DNA from: an uncultured Phycisphaerales bacterium
GTDB lineage: Bacteria > Planctomycetota > Phycisphaerae > Phycisphaerales > SM1A02
Assembly (NCBI GenBank): GCA_938084645.1
Contig: CALKEP010000058.1
Coordinates: forward strand, 1-21,708
Reading direction: 5' to 3'
Length of the DNA: 21,708 nucleotides
Shown: positions 1-7,589 of the stretch, one piece after another
How positions within the stretch are numbered: the stretch's first letter is position 1
Layout: each line of letters begins with the position of its first letter
Translations under genes and position numbers: made by a program
The notes under the pieces: generated by a model
Databases searched by the model: none
Seen by the model: the letters and a program-made list of their open reading frames with translations, nothing else
What the model was told of the DNA's origin: nothing

Positions 1-2
1 CC

Positions 3-1088
3 CTTCCAGAGATTGCCTTTCACGCGGGACGAGATGGATCCGTCGCGCCGAAGGTAACCGAACCACTCCGGGTGATCGGGGTCGTCGAAATGTTCCAGCG
101 CCCAGGTCGTCGCCGCGGACTCGCGGTCTCGATACCGAGGGTCCCCGGTCGCCTGGTGGGCCATCCGACAGGCGATGATCGCCTCGCAGTGGGGCCACCA
201 GTACTTCATCTCGTGTTCGATCGCCGCCGGCGGTCCGCCCGCGAGATCGACGAAGGCGAGAATGCCGCCATGCTTCCGATCCCAGCCGCGATCCCACGAC
301 CAGTCAAGCATGTCGAGGCCGGCGTCGACGATGCTGGAATCGTCGCGGCGTCGGCCCTCATCCAGCATGAACCACGCCCCCTCGATCGCATGTCCGGGAT
401 TCAACTGCCTTGACTCGAGATGATTGATCACCGAGCCGTCCGCCGCGACGGTCTCCATGACCGCCTGCAGTTCGGGTTTGAGAAAGTCACTCCGAACCTC
501 GTCGACCGAGGCGATCGCGACCGAATCCGCGAACGCACCTCCGACCGAATCACGGAAGATCTGCGAGACGCCCAGCGAGATCATCGGGTGACCGAAGGAC
601 TTCGCGGGACGGTTCATGGTCTTGGGCGTCATCATCCCCGGCTCGGTCATGACGCGGTGTGCGAGGCGGAACATCGCGTCCGCCTCACGAGCGAGCCCGG
701 CATCGCGATCGAGCGCGGCGACCTCCGCCATCGCCATCGCCGCGAAACACTCGGCGTAGGCGTAACGCCGCTTGCGTATCGGCCGACCGGCGCGATCCAG
801 ATGGAAGAACAGTCGGCCGTCGTCGTCCACCGCGTGCCGTCGACCGAAATCGAACACCGCGTCGAGCGCGCCACGCCACGCCGGACGCGGTTCGACCGTC
901 CGCATCACCCGGGCGAGCAACCACGCGAAACGAAACTGCTGCCAGACGCCCTTGTCGTCATCGAGGATCGAACCGTCACGATCGAGACAGGTCATCACCC
1001 CGCCATGCACCGGGTCGACGCCGCGTTCGATCCAGAACGGCAGGACTTCGTCGACGAGTTTCGCGAGTGCGACATCGCCGTTCATCAT
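3..1088 (-). CDS. N-acylglucosamine 2-epimerase (AGE/renin-binding protein family), 3' end truncated by window edge
   Basis: Not in the ORF track because there is no stop inside the window. Manual translation from ATG at 1088 gives MMNGDVALAKLVDEVLPFW...GGVMTCLDRDGSILDDDKGVWQQFRFAW...GRLFFHLDRAGRPIRKRRYAYAECF...LNPGHAIEGAWF...MKYWWPHCEAII...EWFGYLRRDGSISSRVKGNLWK. These are hallmark AGE motifs. The start overlaps the nanA stop (ATGA, 1085-1088). Confidence 0.93.
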   Translation of the reverse strand, partial: MMNGDVALAKLVDEVLPFWIERGVDPVHGGVMTCLDRDGSILDDDKGVWQQFRFAWLLARVMRTVEPRPAWRGALDAVFDFGRRHAVDDDGRLFFHLDRAGRPIRKRRYAYAECFAAMAMAEVAALDRDAGLAREADAMFRLAHRVMTEPGMMTPKTMNRPAKSFGHPMISLGVSQIFRDSVGGAFADSVAIASVDEVRSDFLKPELQAVMETVAADGSVINHLESRQLNPGHAIEGAWFMLDEGRRRDDSSIVDAGLDMLDWSWDRGWDRKHGGILAFVDLAGGPPAAIEHEMKYWWPHCEAIIACRMAHQATGDPRYRDRESAATTWALEHFDDPDHPEWFGYLRRDGSISSRVKGNLWK

Positions 1089-2056
1089 GGTTCTCGCTCC
1101 ATGGCGTCCGATTCCGCCGTCAGGCCGGGAATTCCCAGTGGCGATATCTCTTCAAGCACCGTCGCGAGCGCTTCGGGTTCGAGCGCCGTCTCCGGGGAAC
1201 GCGGCGGTCCGATCGGCACTCCGACCGTCTCGAGCAACGCCCGTCCGGTTCGCAGGACACCGTGGCGAAGCAGTGGGGCCACGAGCCGCGCGATCCGGCG
1301 CTGCGCGACGCGGGCCGCGACCAGATCACCCTCGGCGAAGGCTCGGAAGACCGCATGGGCCGGCTCGGCGGCGTATCCATAGGTGCTGCCGATCGCCGAC
1401 ACGCAACCCGCGGCGAGCCCCGAGAGCAGGTTCTCGTCGGCGCCGAAGAAGATCCGCAGTCCGTGGGTCTCGGCGAGTGCGACCGCCAGTTGCAGTTGAA
1501 GCGGATCACTGCTGGTGAACTTGAGACCGGCGAAGCCGGGAATCATCGACACCGCTCGCTCGATCACCTCGGCGGCCGGGAACGACACGCCACCGAACGC
1601 CGAGATCTCGTAGACGAGGTAGGGTCGATCCTCTCCCGCCGCCGCGATCCGGGCGTGGTGCCGGACGAGATCATCGACGTTCCGGGCCCGTCCGAAGGTG
1701 GGATTCATCGCGGAGATCGCATCGACCCCGACCTCGTGGGCGTGCCGCGCGAGTTCCTCGGCCTCGGGCAGGGCGTTCGAGCCGACGTGGGCGATGATCC
1801 GAATCGATCCGGCCGCGGTCTCCGTCCACGCTTCGAGGATCGATCGCCGCTCCGCCGTGGTGAGGGCGAGCGACTCGCCGGTGGACCCGCAGACGTACAC
1901 CGCCGCGATCCCGGCGGACCGAAGATGTTCGGCGTAGGCGGGAACGACCCCGGGATCGATCCGACCCGAGGCATCGAAGGGCGTGTGGACTGCGGCGATG
2001 GGACCACGCATCGCATGAATCTCGGAACACGAGTTCGAATCGACGGTGGTCTTCAT
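1085..2056 (-). CDS. nanA: N-acetylneuraminate lyase (DHDPS/NAL family aldolase)
   Basis: YVCGSTGE pyruvate-binding motif, catalytic Tyr (YLVYEI), Schiff-base Lys (GLKFTSSD), GADE and IGSTY motifs typical of NAL. Flanked by an AGE epimerase and a SiaT/NanM-like gene. Confidence 0.85.
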   Translation of the reverse strand: MKTTVDSNSCSEIHAMRGPIAAVHTPFDASGRIDPGVVPAYAEHLRSAGIAAVYVCGSTGESLALTTAERRSILEAWTETAAGSIRIIAHVGSNALPEAEELARHAHEVGVDAISAMNPTFGRARNVDDLVRHHARIAAAGEDRPYLVYEISAFGGVSFPAAEVIERAVSMIPGFAGLKFTSSDPLQLQLAVALAETHGLRIFFGADENLLSGLAAGCVSAIGSTYGYAAEPAHAVFRAFAEGDLVAARVAQRRIARLVAPLLRHGVLRTGRALLETVGVPIGPPRSPETALEPEALATVLEEISPLGIPGLTAESDAMEREP

Positions 2057-2100
2057 GTCGGCAGCGTACCGCGATCACGGCCGAGTTAGCATGGCGCACG
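2057..2100. promoter_or_regulatory. Divergent promoter region with two TANNNT -10 boxes close to start codons (putative leaderless transcripts)
   Basis: Minus strand: TACGCT (2068-2063), 6 nt before ATG 2056. Plus strand: TAGCAT (2087-2092), 8 nt before ATG 2101. No Shine-Dalgarno on either side. Confidence 0.5.
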
Positions 2101-4776
2101 ATGAACACGCCATCGAGCCCCCGCCATCGCATCATCGAAGCCCCCGGGTCGATCCTGCGTCTCCTCTTCGTCACCATCGCGATTCTCGCGTTCGGAGAAT
2201 CCACGGCGCCGGCCGACGATGCCGTCGCCGATGCGGTCCTCGACATCGCGTTCGAGTCGACGCCCCCGCTCCCGGACGGCGAAGGGCTCGCCGGGGCGAT
2301 CGCGGGGCGAAGCGGGGCGAAGATCATCATCGCCGGCGGCGCGAACTTCCCGAATGAACCCCGATGGGAGACCGAGAAGGTCTGGCACGACGCGGTGCAG
2401 GTCCTCGATCTCTCCGCCGATTCCCCCGCGTGGACGACCCTTTCGGATCGACTTCCCCGGCCGATCGCCTACGGCGTCTCGCTGACGCATCCCACGCGAG
2501 GGGTGATCTCGATCGGCGGTGCGGATGCGGACGAACATCTCGACGACGCGTTCATCCTCACGGTCGATCGAGATCGTCTGATCCGTTCGCCGCTTCCGGA
2601 CCTGCCCTCGCCCCTCGCCTATGCGGCCGGCGTGCTCGTCGGCGACGTCGTCGTGGTGATGGGTGGGCAGGCGACGCCGGGCGGACCCGCGAGCGCCGCG
2701 GTCTACACGCTCGATCTTTCGAACCTGGACTCGACCACCACGGATCCGGCCTGGCGCACCCGGCCCGTCATTCCGACCGGAGGACGCATCCTTCCGGTCG
2801 CCGCGACGCATCAGGGTGAAGTGTTCCTCTTCTCCGGCGTCGCACTCGAAGCGGACGGCGATGGTGGATTCCGAAGGATAGCGCCGTACCTCGTCGAAGC
2901 ACTCGCCTTCGACCCGCGTTCGGACTCCGACACCTGGCGGACCCTGGCCGACCTCCCTCGTCCCGCCGCGGCCGCCGCGGGTCCCGCCATCCCGGTCGGC
3001 TTCGATCTGCTTGCGATCGTCGGAGGTGACGATGGTTCGCAGCTCGCGCGGATCTCGGACCTGGAAGACGACCATCCGGGATTCCCGGACGACGTGCTCG
3101 TGTACCACCCGATCACCGACCGCTGGACGGTCCGGGGTCGGTTTGCCCGCGATCGAGCGACCGATCGGGAACCGCCGGTGACCGCCGCCACGATTCCGGT
3201 CACCGGCACGGGAACGTCACTGGACGGCGGCGTCTTGCTGGCGAGCGGCGAGATACGACCACGGAAGCGCACGCCTGAACTCGCCTTCATCCGGGCGATC
3301 GTTCCGGTCCAGCCGCTCGCGGCGATCGACTGGATCGCGATCGCGGGATACGGCCTGGTCCTGGTCTGGATGGGTGTCCACTTCTCCAGGCGGGAGAACG
3401 GGACCGAGGACTACTTCCTCGCCGGTCGTCGCATCCCATGGTGGGCCGCCGGCATCTCGATCTTCGCGACGTCCTTGAGCGCGATCACGTTCATGGCGAT
3501 CCCCGCGAAGAGCTGGAGCACCGACTGGATCTACTTCCTGCAGAATCTGGGCATCCTCGCGGTCGCACCGCTCGCCGCGTTCCTGCTGGTCCCCTACTTC
3601 CGTCGACTCGACGTCGTCACCGCGTACGAATACCTGGAACGACGATTCCACTGGTCGCTGAGACTCGCGGCCAGTGCCCTGTACATGCTCTTCCAGGTCG
3701 GCCGCGTCGCGGTGGTGACCCTGCTTCCGGCCCTCGCCCTCACCGCGATCACCGGTCTCGACGTGACCTGGTGCATCCTGCTGATGGGCGGGATCTGCAT
3801 CGCGTACACCGTGCTCGGCGGCGTCGAGGCGGTGATCTGGTCGGACGTCCTGCAGGCGGTGATCCTGCTCGGCGGCGCGATCTGGGCGTTGATGATCCTG
3901 CTGAACGGCACCGACGGCGGCTTCGCCGGCATGCTCGCCGATGCGGGCGATTCCGGAAAGCTCCGACTCGTCGACCCGTCCTGGGACCTGACCCGGCCGT
4001 CGCTGCTGGTGATCGTGCTCGGTGCGATCTTCGGCAACCTGATCCCCTACGCCAGCGACCAGTCCGTGGTACAGCGATATCTCACGGTGCGAGACGAACG
4101 CGAGGCGAAGCGGGCGATCATCGGCGGCGCCGTCCTCGCCATTCCCGCGTCGCTCATCTTCTTCGGCCTCGGTACCGCGCTCTGGAGCTTCTACCGCTCG
4201 AACCCGGAACTGCTCCAGCCGACGGCGAAGCTCGACCAGATCCTGCCGATGTTCGTGATCGATCAACTGCCGCCCGGCATCTCGGGCCTCGTGGTGGCGG
4301 CCCTGTTCGCCGCGGCGATGAGCAGTCTCGACTCCGCGATGAACTCGGTCTCGACCGCGTTCACGACCGACTGGTATCGCCGGTTCCGTCCGGATGCCGA
4401 CGATCGTCGCTGTCTTCGGGTCGCCCGCTTCGCGACGATCGGCATCGGGGTGATCGGCACCGGTGCGGCGCTGCTGATGCAACGCGTCAATGATCCCAGT
4501 CTGCTCGACGTCTGGTTCAAGGTGCTCGGACTCTTCGGATCGGGTGTGGCCGGCGTGTTCCTGCTGGGTGCCCTGACCCGTCGCGCCGGCGCCATCGCCG
4601 GCTGGTCGGGCCTCGTCGCGGGCGCGACCTCGGTCTGGGCCGTGGGCGCATTCACCCAGGTCAGCGGGCTCGCCTATGCGGCGGTGGGGATTCTCGCCTG
4701 TCTCACCGCCGGGGTGCTGGTCGGGCTCGTCGATCGTCGCGCCACGCCGTTCACACTGCCGCCCCGGGTCGATTGA
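2101..4776 (+). CDS. Fusion protein: signal peptide + Kelch-repeat cyclically permuted sialic acid mutarotase (NanM-like) + sodium:solute symporter (SiaT-like)
   Basis: N-terminal hydrophobic signal. Kelch repeats (IIAGGANFP, ISIGG, VVMGG, FLFSG, AIVGG) end in SGEIRPRKRTP. From about aa 405 there is a full SSS domain (DYFLAGRRIPWWAAGISIFATSLSAITF, TAYEYLERRF, GGVEAVIWSDVLQ, DQSVVQRY, AAMSSLDSAMNS). Confidence 0.9.
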   Translation: MNTPSSPRHRIIEAPGSILRLLFVTIAILAFGESTAPADDAVADAVLDIAFESTPPLPDGEGLAGAIAGRSGAKIIIAGGANFPNEPRWETEKVWHDAVQVLDLSADSPAWTTLSDRLPRPIAYGVSLTHPTRGVISIGGADADEHLDDAFILTVDRDRLIRSPLPDLPSPLAYAAGVLVGDVVVVMGGQATPGGPASAAVYTLDLSNLDSTTTDPAWRTRPVIPTGGRILPVAATHQGEVFLFSGVALEADGDGGFRRIAPYLVEALAFDPRSDSDTWRTLADLPRPAAAAAGPAIPVGFDLLAIVGGDDGSQLARISDLEDDHPGFPDDVLVYHPITDRWTVRGRFARDRATDREPPVTAATIPVTGTGTSLDGGVLLASGEIRPRKRTPELAFIRAIVPVQPLAAIDWIAIAGYGLVLVWMGVHFSRRENGTEDYFLAGRRIPWWAAGISIFATSLSAITFMAIPAKSWSTDWIYFLQNLGILAVAPLAAFLLVPYFRRLDVVTAYEYLERRFHWSLRLAASALYMLFQVGRVAVVTLLPALALTAITGLDVTWCILLMGGICIAYTVLGGVEAVIWSDVLQAVILLGGAIWALMILLNGTDGGFAGMLADAGDSGKLRLVDPSWDLTRPSLLVIVLGAIFGNLIPYASDQSVVQRYLTVRDEREAKRAIIGGAVLAIPASLIFFGLGTALWSFYRSNPELLQPTAKLDQILPMFVIDQLPPGISGLVVAALFAAAMSSLDSAMNSVSTAFTTDWYRRFRPDADDRRCLRVARFATIGIGVIGTGAALLMQRVNDPSLLDVWFKVLGLFGSGVAGVFLLGALTRRAGAIAGWSGLVAGATSVWAVGAFTQVSGLAYAAVGILACLTAGVLVGLVDRRATPFTLPPRVD

Positions 4777-4783
4777 TCGAAGA

Positions 4784-4811
4784 ACCCCCGCGACGCACGC
4801 GCCGCGGGGGT
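4784..4811. terminator. GC-rich hairpin between convergent genes, probable intrinsic terminator
   Basis: ACCCCCGCG (4784-4792) and CGCGGGGGT (4803-4811) form a perfect inverted repeat. On the minus strand the stem extends with a G-U pair and is followed by TCTT. It lies between the stops at 4776 and 4840. Confidence 0.6.
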
Positions 4812-4839
4812 CCACCGGAAGAGAAGGAAGAAGTCAGGA

Positions 4840-5385
4840 TCAGTCCTCGATCTGGACCTGGTTCGCGAGTCGGACGAGCATGAGGCCGAGATCGAGTCCG
4901 TCGGTGATGCCGTCCTCGTTGAGATCGCCCTCCTCGGTCCCGTACGCCTTGCAGAGCCAGAGGAAGTCGGTGTCGTCGACGGTGCCGTCGAGGTTCATGT
5001 CCATGGGGTCGTACAGGATTCCCGGGATCTCCACGTACCCGCACCGGTCGGTGCAGAGGATGGGTCGGGGCTCGGGCCCGGACGCGCTCGCGGCGGCCTG
5101 CGTTCCCGCGGACGGAAGCGGATTCGCGTTCCGGCCCTTCGAACCCTTCTTGCGTTCGTTGTTGGAGCCCCGGGCCGAGGAGACGGAATCGGCATTGGTG
5201 TCCACCGTCGGCGTGTACCGAGGGGTCGTCTTGCCGGGCGAGTAGGTGCCGGCGTCCCGAACCGTCTGGCTCGTGCCGACGCTGTTCGCGTCGTTTCGCG
5301 AGCCCTGATCGGCCCGGGCGGTGGTGGCGGTCGCGACGGCGACCAGGGTGGCGAGGGCGATCTTGTTGGTGGTGCTGGTGTTCAT
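4840..5385 (-). CDS. Secreted protein with low-complexity linker and C-terminal dockerin-like (EF-hand-like Ca-binding) repeat pair
   Basis: Signal peptide MNTSTTNKIALATLVAVATATTARA. Repeats DMNLDGTVDDTD and GDLNEDGITDGLDLGLML. AAGGA RBS 7 nt upstream (5397-5393). Confidence 0.75.
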   Translation of the reverse strand: MNTSTTNKIALATLVAVATATTARADQGSRNDANSVGTSQTVRDAGTYSPGKTTPRYTPTVDTNADSVSSARGSNNERKKGSKGRNANPLPSAGTQAAASASGPEPRPILCTDRCGYVEIPGILYDPMDMNLDGTVDDTDFLWLCKAYGTEEGDLNEDGITDGLDLGLMLVRLANQVQIED

Positions 5386-5566
5386 GACGGTTTCCTTCCG
5401 TGATCGAGTTGCGAGGTTGAATGTGTCGAACCATGAACCCGTAGCGGGGACCCCGCACCCTGTGACACGATTCCACGAGAAAGTCTCGAATCCCGCGTGG
5501 AAGGGCGGCGAAGCACGCTGGGAGATCTAGGATGCGGGATTCCAAGTCACCCTCGAGCACCCTCGT

Positions 5567-6913
5567 TTGCCGCCAGGACGCCTGCCATCCTCACCCTCGA
5601 CGGGGACCACCCTGACGCTCGGACTCGTGCTGGCCACCTGGTGGCCACTCGCCGCCAGCTGGCTGCTGATGGGCATCGAGATGCCGCTGGTGACCGCGGT
5701 CATGGGACGCCTCCCCGACGAGACCGTCCAACTCGCGGCGTACGGCGGTGTGTTCTTCCCGATCAGCCTCGCGATCGAAGCCCCGGTGATCATGCTCCTC
5801 GCCGCCAGCACCCGACTGTGCGACTCACCGGAGAACTATCGATACCTCCAACGATTCTCGCGAAGACTCGGGCTCGCGCTGACCGGAGTCCACGGTCTGA
5901 TCGCGTTCACGCCCCTCTTCGACCTGATCGTCGTTCCGCTGCTGGACACGCCGGAAGCCGTCGTCGAACCTGCCCGCCTCGGCTTCCAGTTCATGCTGCC
6001 GTTCACCATCGCGGTGGCGGAACGGCGATTCCACCAGGGCGTGCTCATCAGATACGGCCGGCAGCGGAAGGTCGGGGTGGGGACGATCATCCGACTCGTG
6101 GCGGTCCTGATCCCGCTGATGATCGGTCTCGCGATCGGAACCGAACACTCCGCGGCGGTGGCCGGATTCGCGATCTCCTCCGGCGTGGTCGCGGAGGCGA
6201 TCTACGCTCGGTGGTGCGTGTTGGAGGTCGAACGGGGCCCGATGCGGGAGGCGGTCTCCGAGCGATCGCTCGATCTCGGAACCACGATCAGTTTCTATTT
6301 TCCACTCGCCCTGACGTCCGTGCTCTCGCTCGCGTCCTATCCGATCTGCAGCGCCGGCATGAACCGAATGCCGGAGGCGCTGACCTCGCTGGCCATCTGG
6401 TCCGCGGTGACGGGACTGGGCTTCTTCTCCCGGTCGAGCGGCATGGCGTTCAATGAAGTCGTGATTCGACACGCCGGCGATGACGAAGGACCCCGAGTTC
6501 TGAAACGCTTCATGTGGATCGTCGGCCTCGGCATTTCGGCGCTCGTCGGGCTGGTCGCGGCGACCCCGTTGGGCGAGCTGTGGTATGTCGACCTCGAACG
6601 AATTCCTGAAGACGGCATGTCGATGGCAAGGCTTGCGACGTGGCTCATGGTGCCGATGCCGTTCCTCACCTTCCTCATCAGCTACTGGCAGGGCATGCTC
6701 GTCCACGCCCATGAGACGAGACCGATCTCCGAAGGCGTCGGCATCGGACTGGCCACGATCGGGCTCGTCCTCGTGATCTTCGTCTCGCTCGGAACCGTCC
6801 CGGGCGGCGTCGCGGCGACCCTCGCCATCACGGTGGCCGGGGTGCTTCAAGCCGCGTGGCTTGCGATCCGCTGGAGCGGGGTTCGACGCCGCACGCTCGC
6901 GGCCACGGGCTGA
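5567..6913 (+). CDS. MOP-superfamily (MATE/ANKH-like) polytopic membrane transporter
   Basis: About 12 hydrophobic segments in two repeated halves (WWPLAASWLLM...QLAAYG and FYFPLALTSVL...SLAIWS), a MATE-type internal duplication. The TTG start is uncertain. Confidence 0.7.
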   Translation: MPPGRLPSSPSTGTTLTLGLVLATWWPLAASWLLMGIEMPLVTAVMGRLPDETVQLAAYGGVFFPISLAIEAPVIMLLAASTRLCDSPENYRYLQRFSRRLGLALTGVHGLIAFTPLFDLIVVPLLDTPEAVVEPARLGFQFMLPFTIAVAERRFHQGVLIRYGRQRKVGVGTIIRLVAVLIPLMIGLAIGTEHSAAVAGFAISSGVVAEAIYARWCVLEVERGPMREAVSERSLDLGTTISFYFPLALTSVLSLASYPICSAGMNRMPEALTSLAIWSAVTGLGFFSRSSGMAFNEVVIRHAGDDEGPRVLKRFMWIVGLGISALVGLVAATPLGELWYVDLERIPEDGMSMARLATWLMVPMPFLTFLISYWQGMLVHAHETRPISEGVGIGLATIGLVLVIFVSLGTVPGGVAATLAITVAGVLQAAWLAIRWSGVRRRTLAATG

Positions 6914-6926
6914 GCGGCCCCGGAGA

Positions 6927-7424
6927 TCAGGCGCTCCGCGACGTCGAGCAGTCGCCATGAACCGATCGGACGCTCGCATCAGCGAGCACGGTCGTGCGCT
7001 GGGAACGTTGCATCGACCGCATCTCTTCGGCGATCGCGCGTCCACGATCCGATCGATGCCATCCGGCGTCGACCAGTCGTTCCGCGGCGTTCTCGAGGAT
7101 CCGAATCGCGTCACCCTGCATCTCGAGGCGGCCCATCAGCGAGGCGATGATCCGCATCGCATCGATGACCGCCGCATCGGAACGGCCGAACAATCGCTCC
7201 GCGAGGAGCGCCGCTTCGGCCCAGGCGTTGATCGCCGATCTGGCGGAGCCACCAGTCGTCAGTTGCTCGGCTCGAATCGTGAGTCTCTCGAGCTCGGCCA
7301 GTCCCTCGAGCACGGTGGCGTTCGGATCCTCCTCGCGCTCGACACCATCACATCTAGAAAATCTGCAATTCGGTCGCGAATTCGATTCGCGAGCCACAGG
7401 TCGATGCCTCTTGGTCATGTCCAC
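6927..7424 (-). CDS. Hypothetical helical protein with a TPR-like repeat
   Basis: AEAALLAERLFGRSDAAVIDAMRIIASLMGRLEMQGDAIRILENA resembles a 42-aa kinesin-light-chain-type TPR. Fills the gap between genes. The true start may be GTG at 7313, with GAGGAGGA 13 nt upstream. Confidence 0.5.
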   Translation of the reverse strand: MDMTKRHRPVARESNSRPNCRFSRCDGVEREEDPNATVLEGLAELERLTIRAEQLTTGGSARSAINAWAEAALLAERLFGRSDAAVIDAMRIIASLMGRLEMQGDAIRILENAAERLVDAGWHRSDRGRAIAEEMRSMQRSQRTTVLADASVRSVHGDCSTSRSA

Positions 7425-7589
7425 ATCCCATCAAACAGCTTCATCGAGTCGTGGAATTGCCCACCGCAATATCCACGATCTCCAAACTACGGATCGTCCG
7501 CCGTGAAACCATGGGGGATTGACCCCCCCCGCGTCAACACAGGCTCGATTGGGGCGGATACCCCAGGGACGATTCGATTGCGGCACGAA

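Noticed and set aside
420..1382. 320-aa plus-strand ORF and small ORFs at 72-423
   Set aside because: Antisense shadows of the AGE epimerase and nanA genes, whose minus-strand frames carry clear family motifs.
1085..2056. Calling the DHDPS-family gene dapA, or the aldolase of the uxaA-like pathway
   Set aside because: GSTGE, KFT and IGSTY motifs plus AGE and SiaT/NanM neighbours favour N-acetylneuraminate lyase. It is about 10 kb from the dehydratase cluster.
3217..4815. 532-aa minus-strand ORF
   Set aside because: Shadow of the SSS transporter; stop-poor antisense frames are expected at high GC and it has no recognisable motifs.
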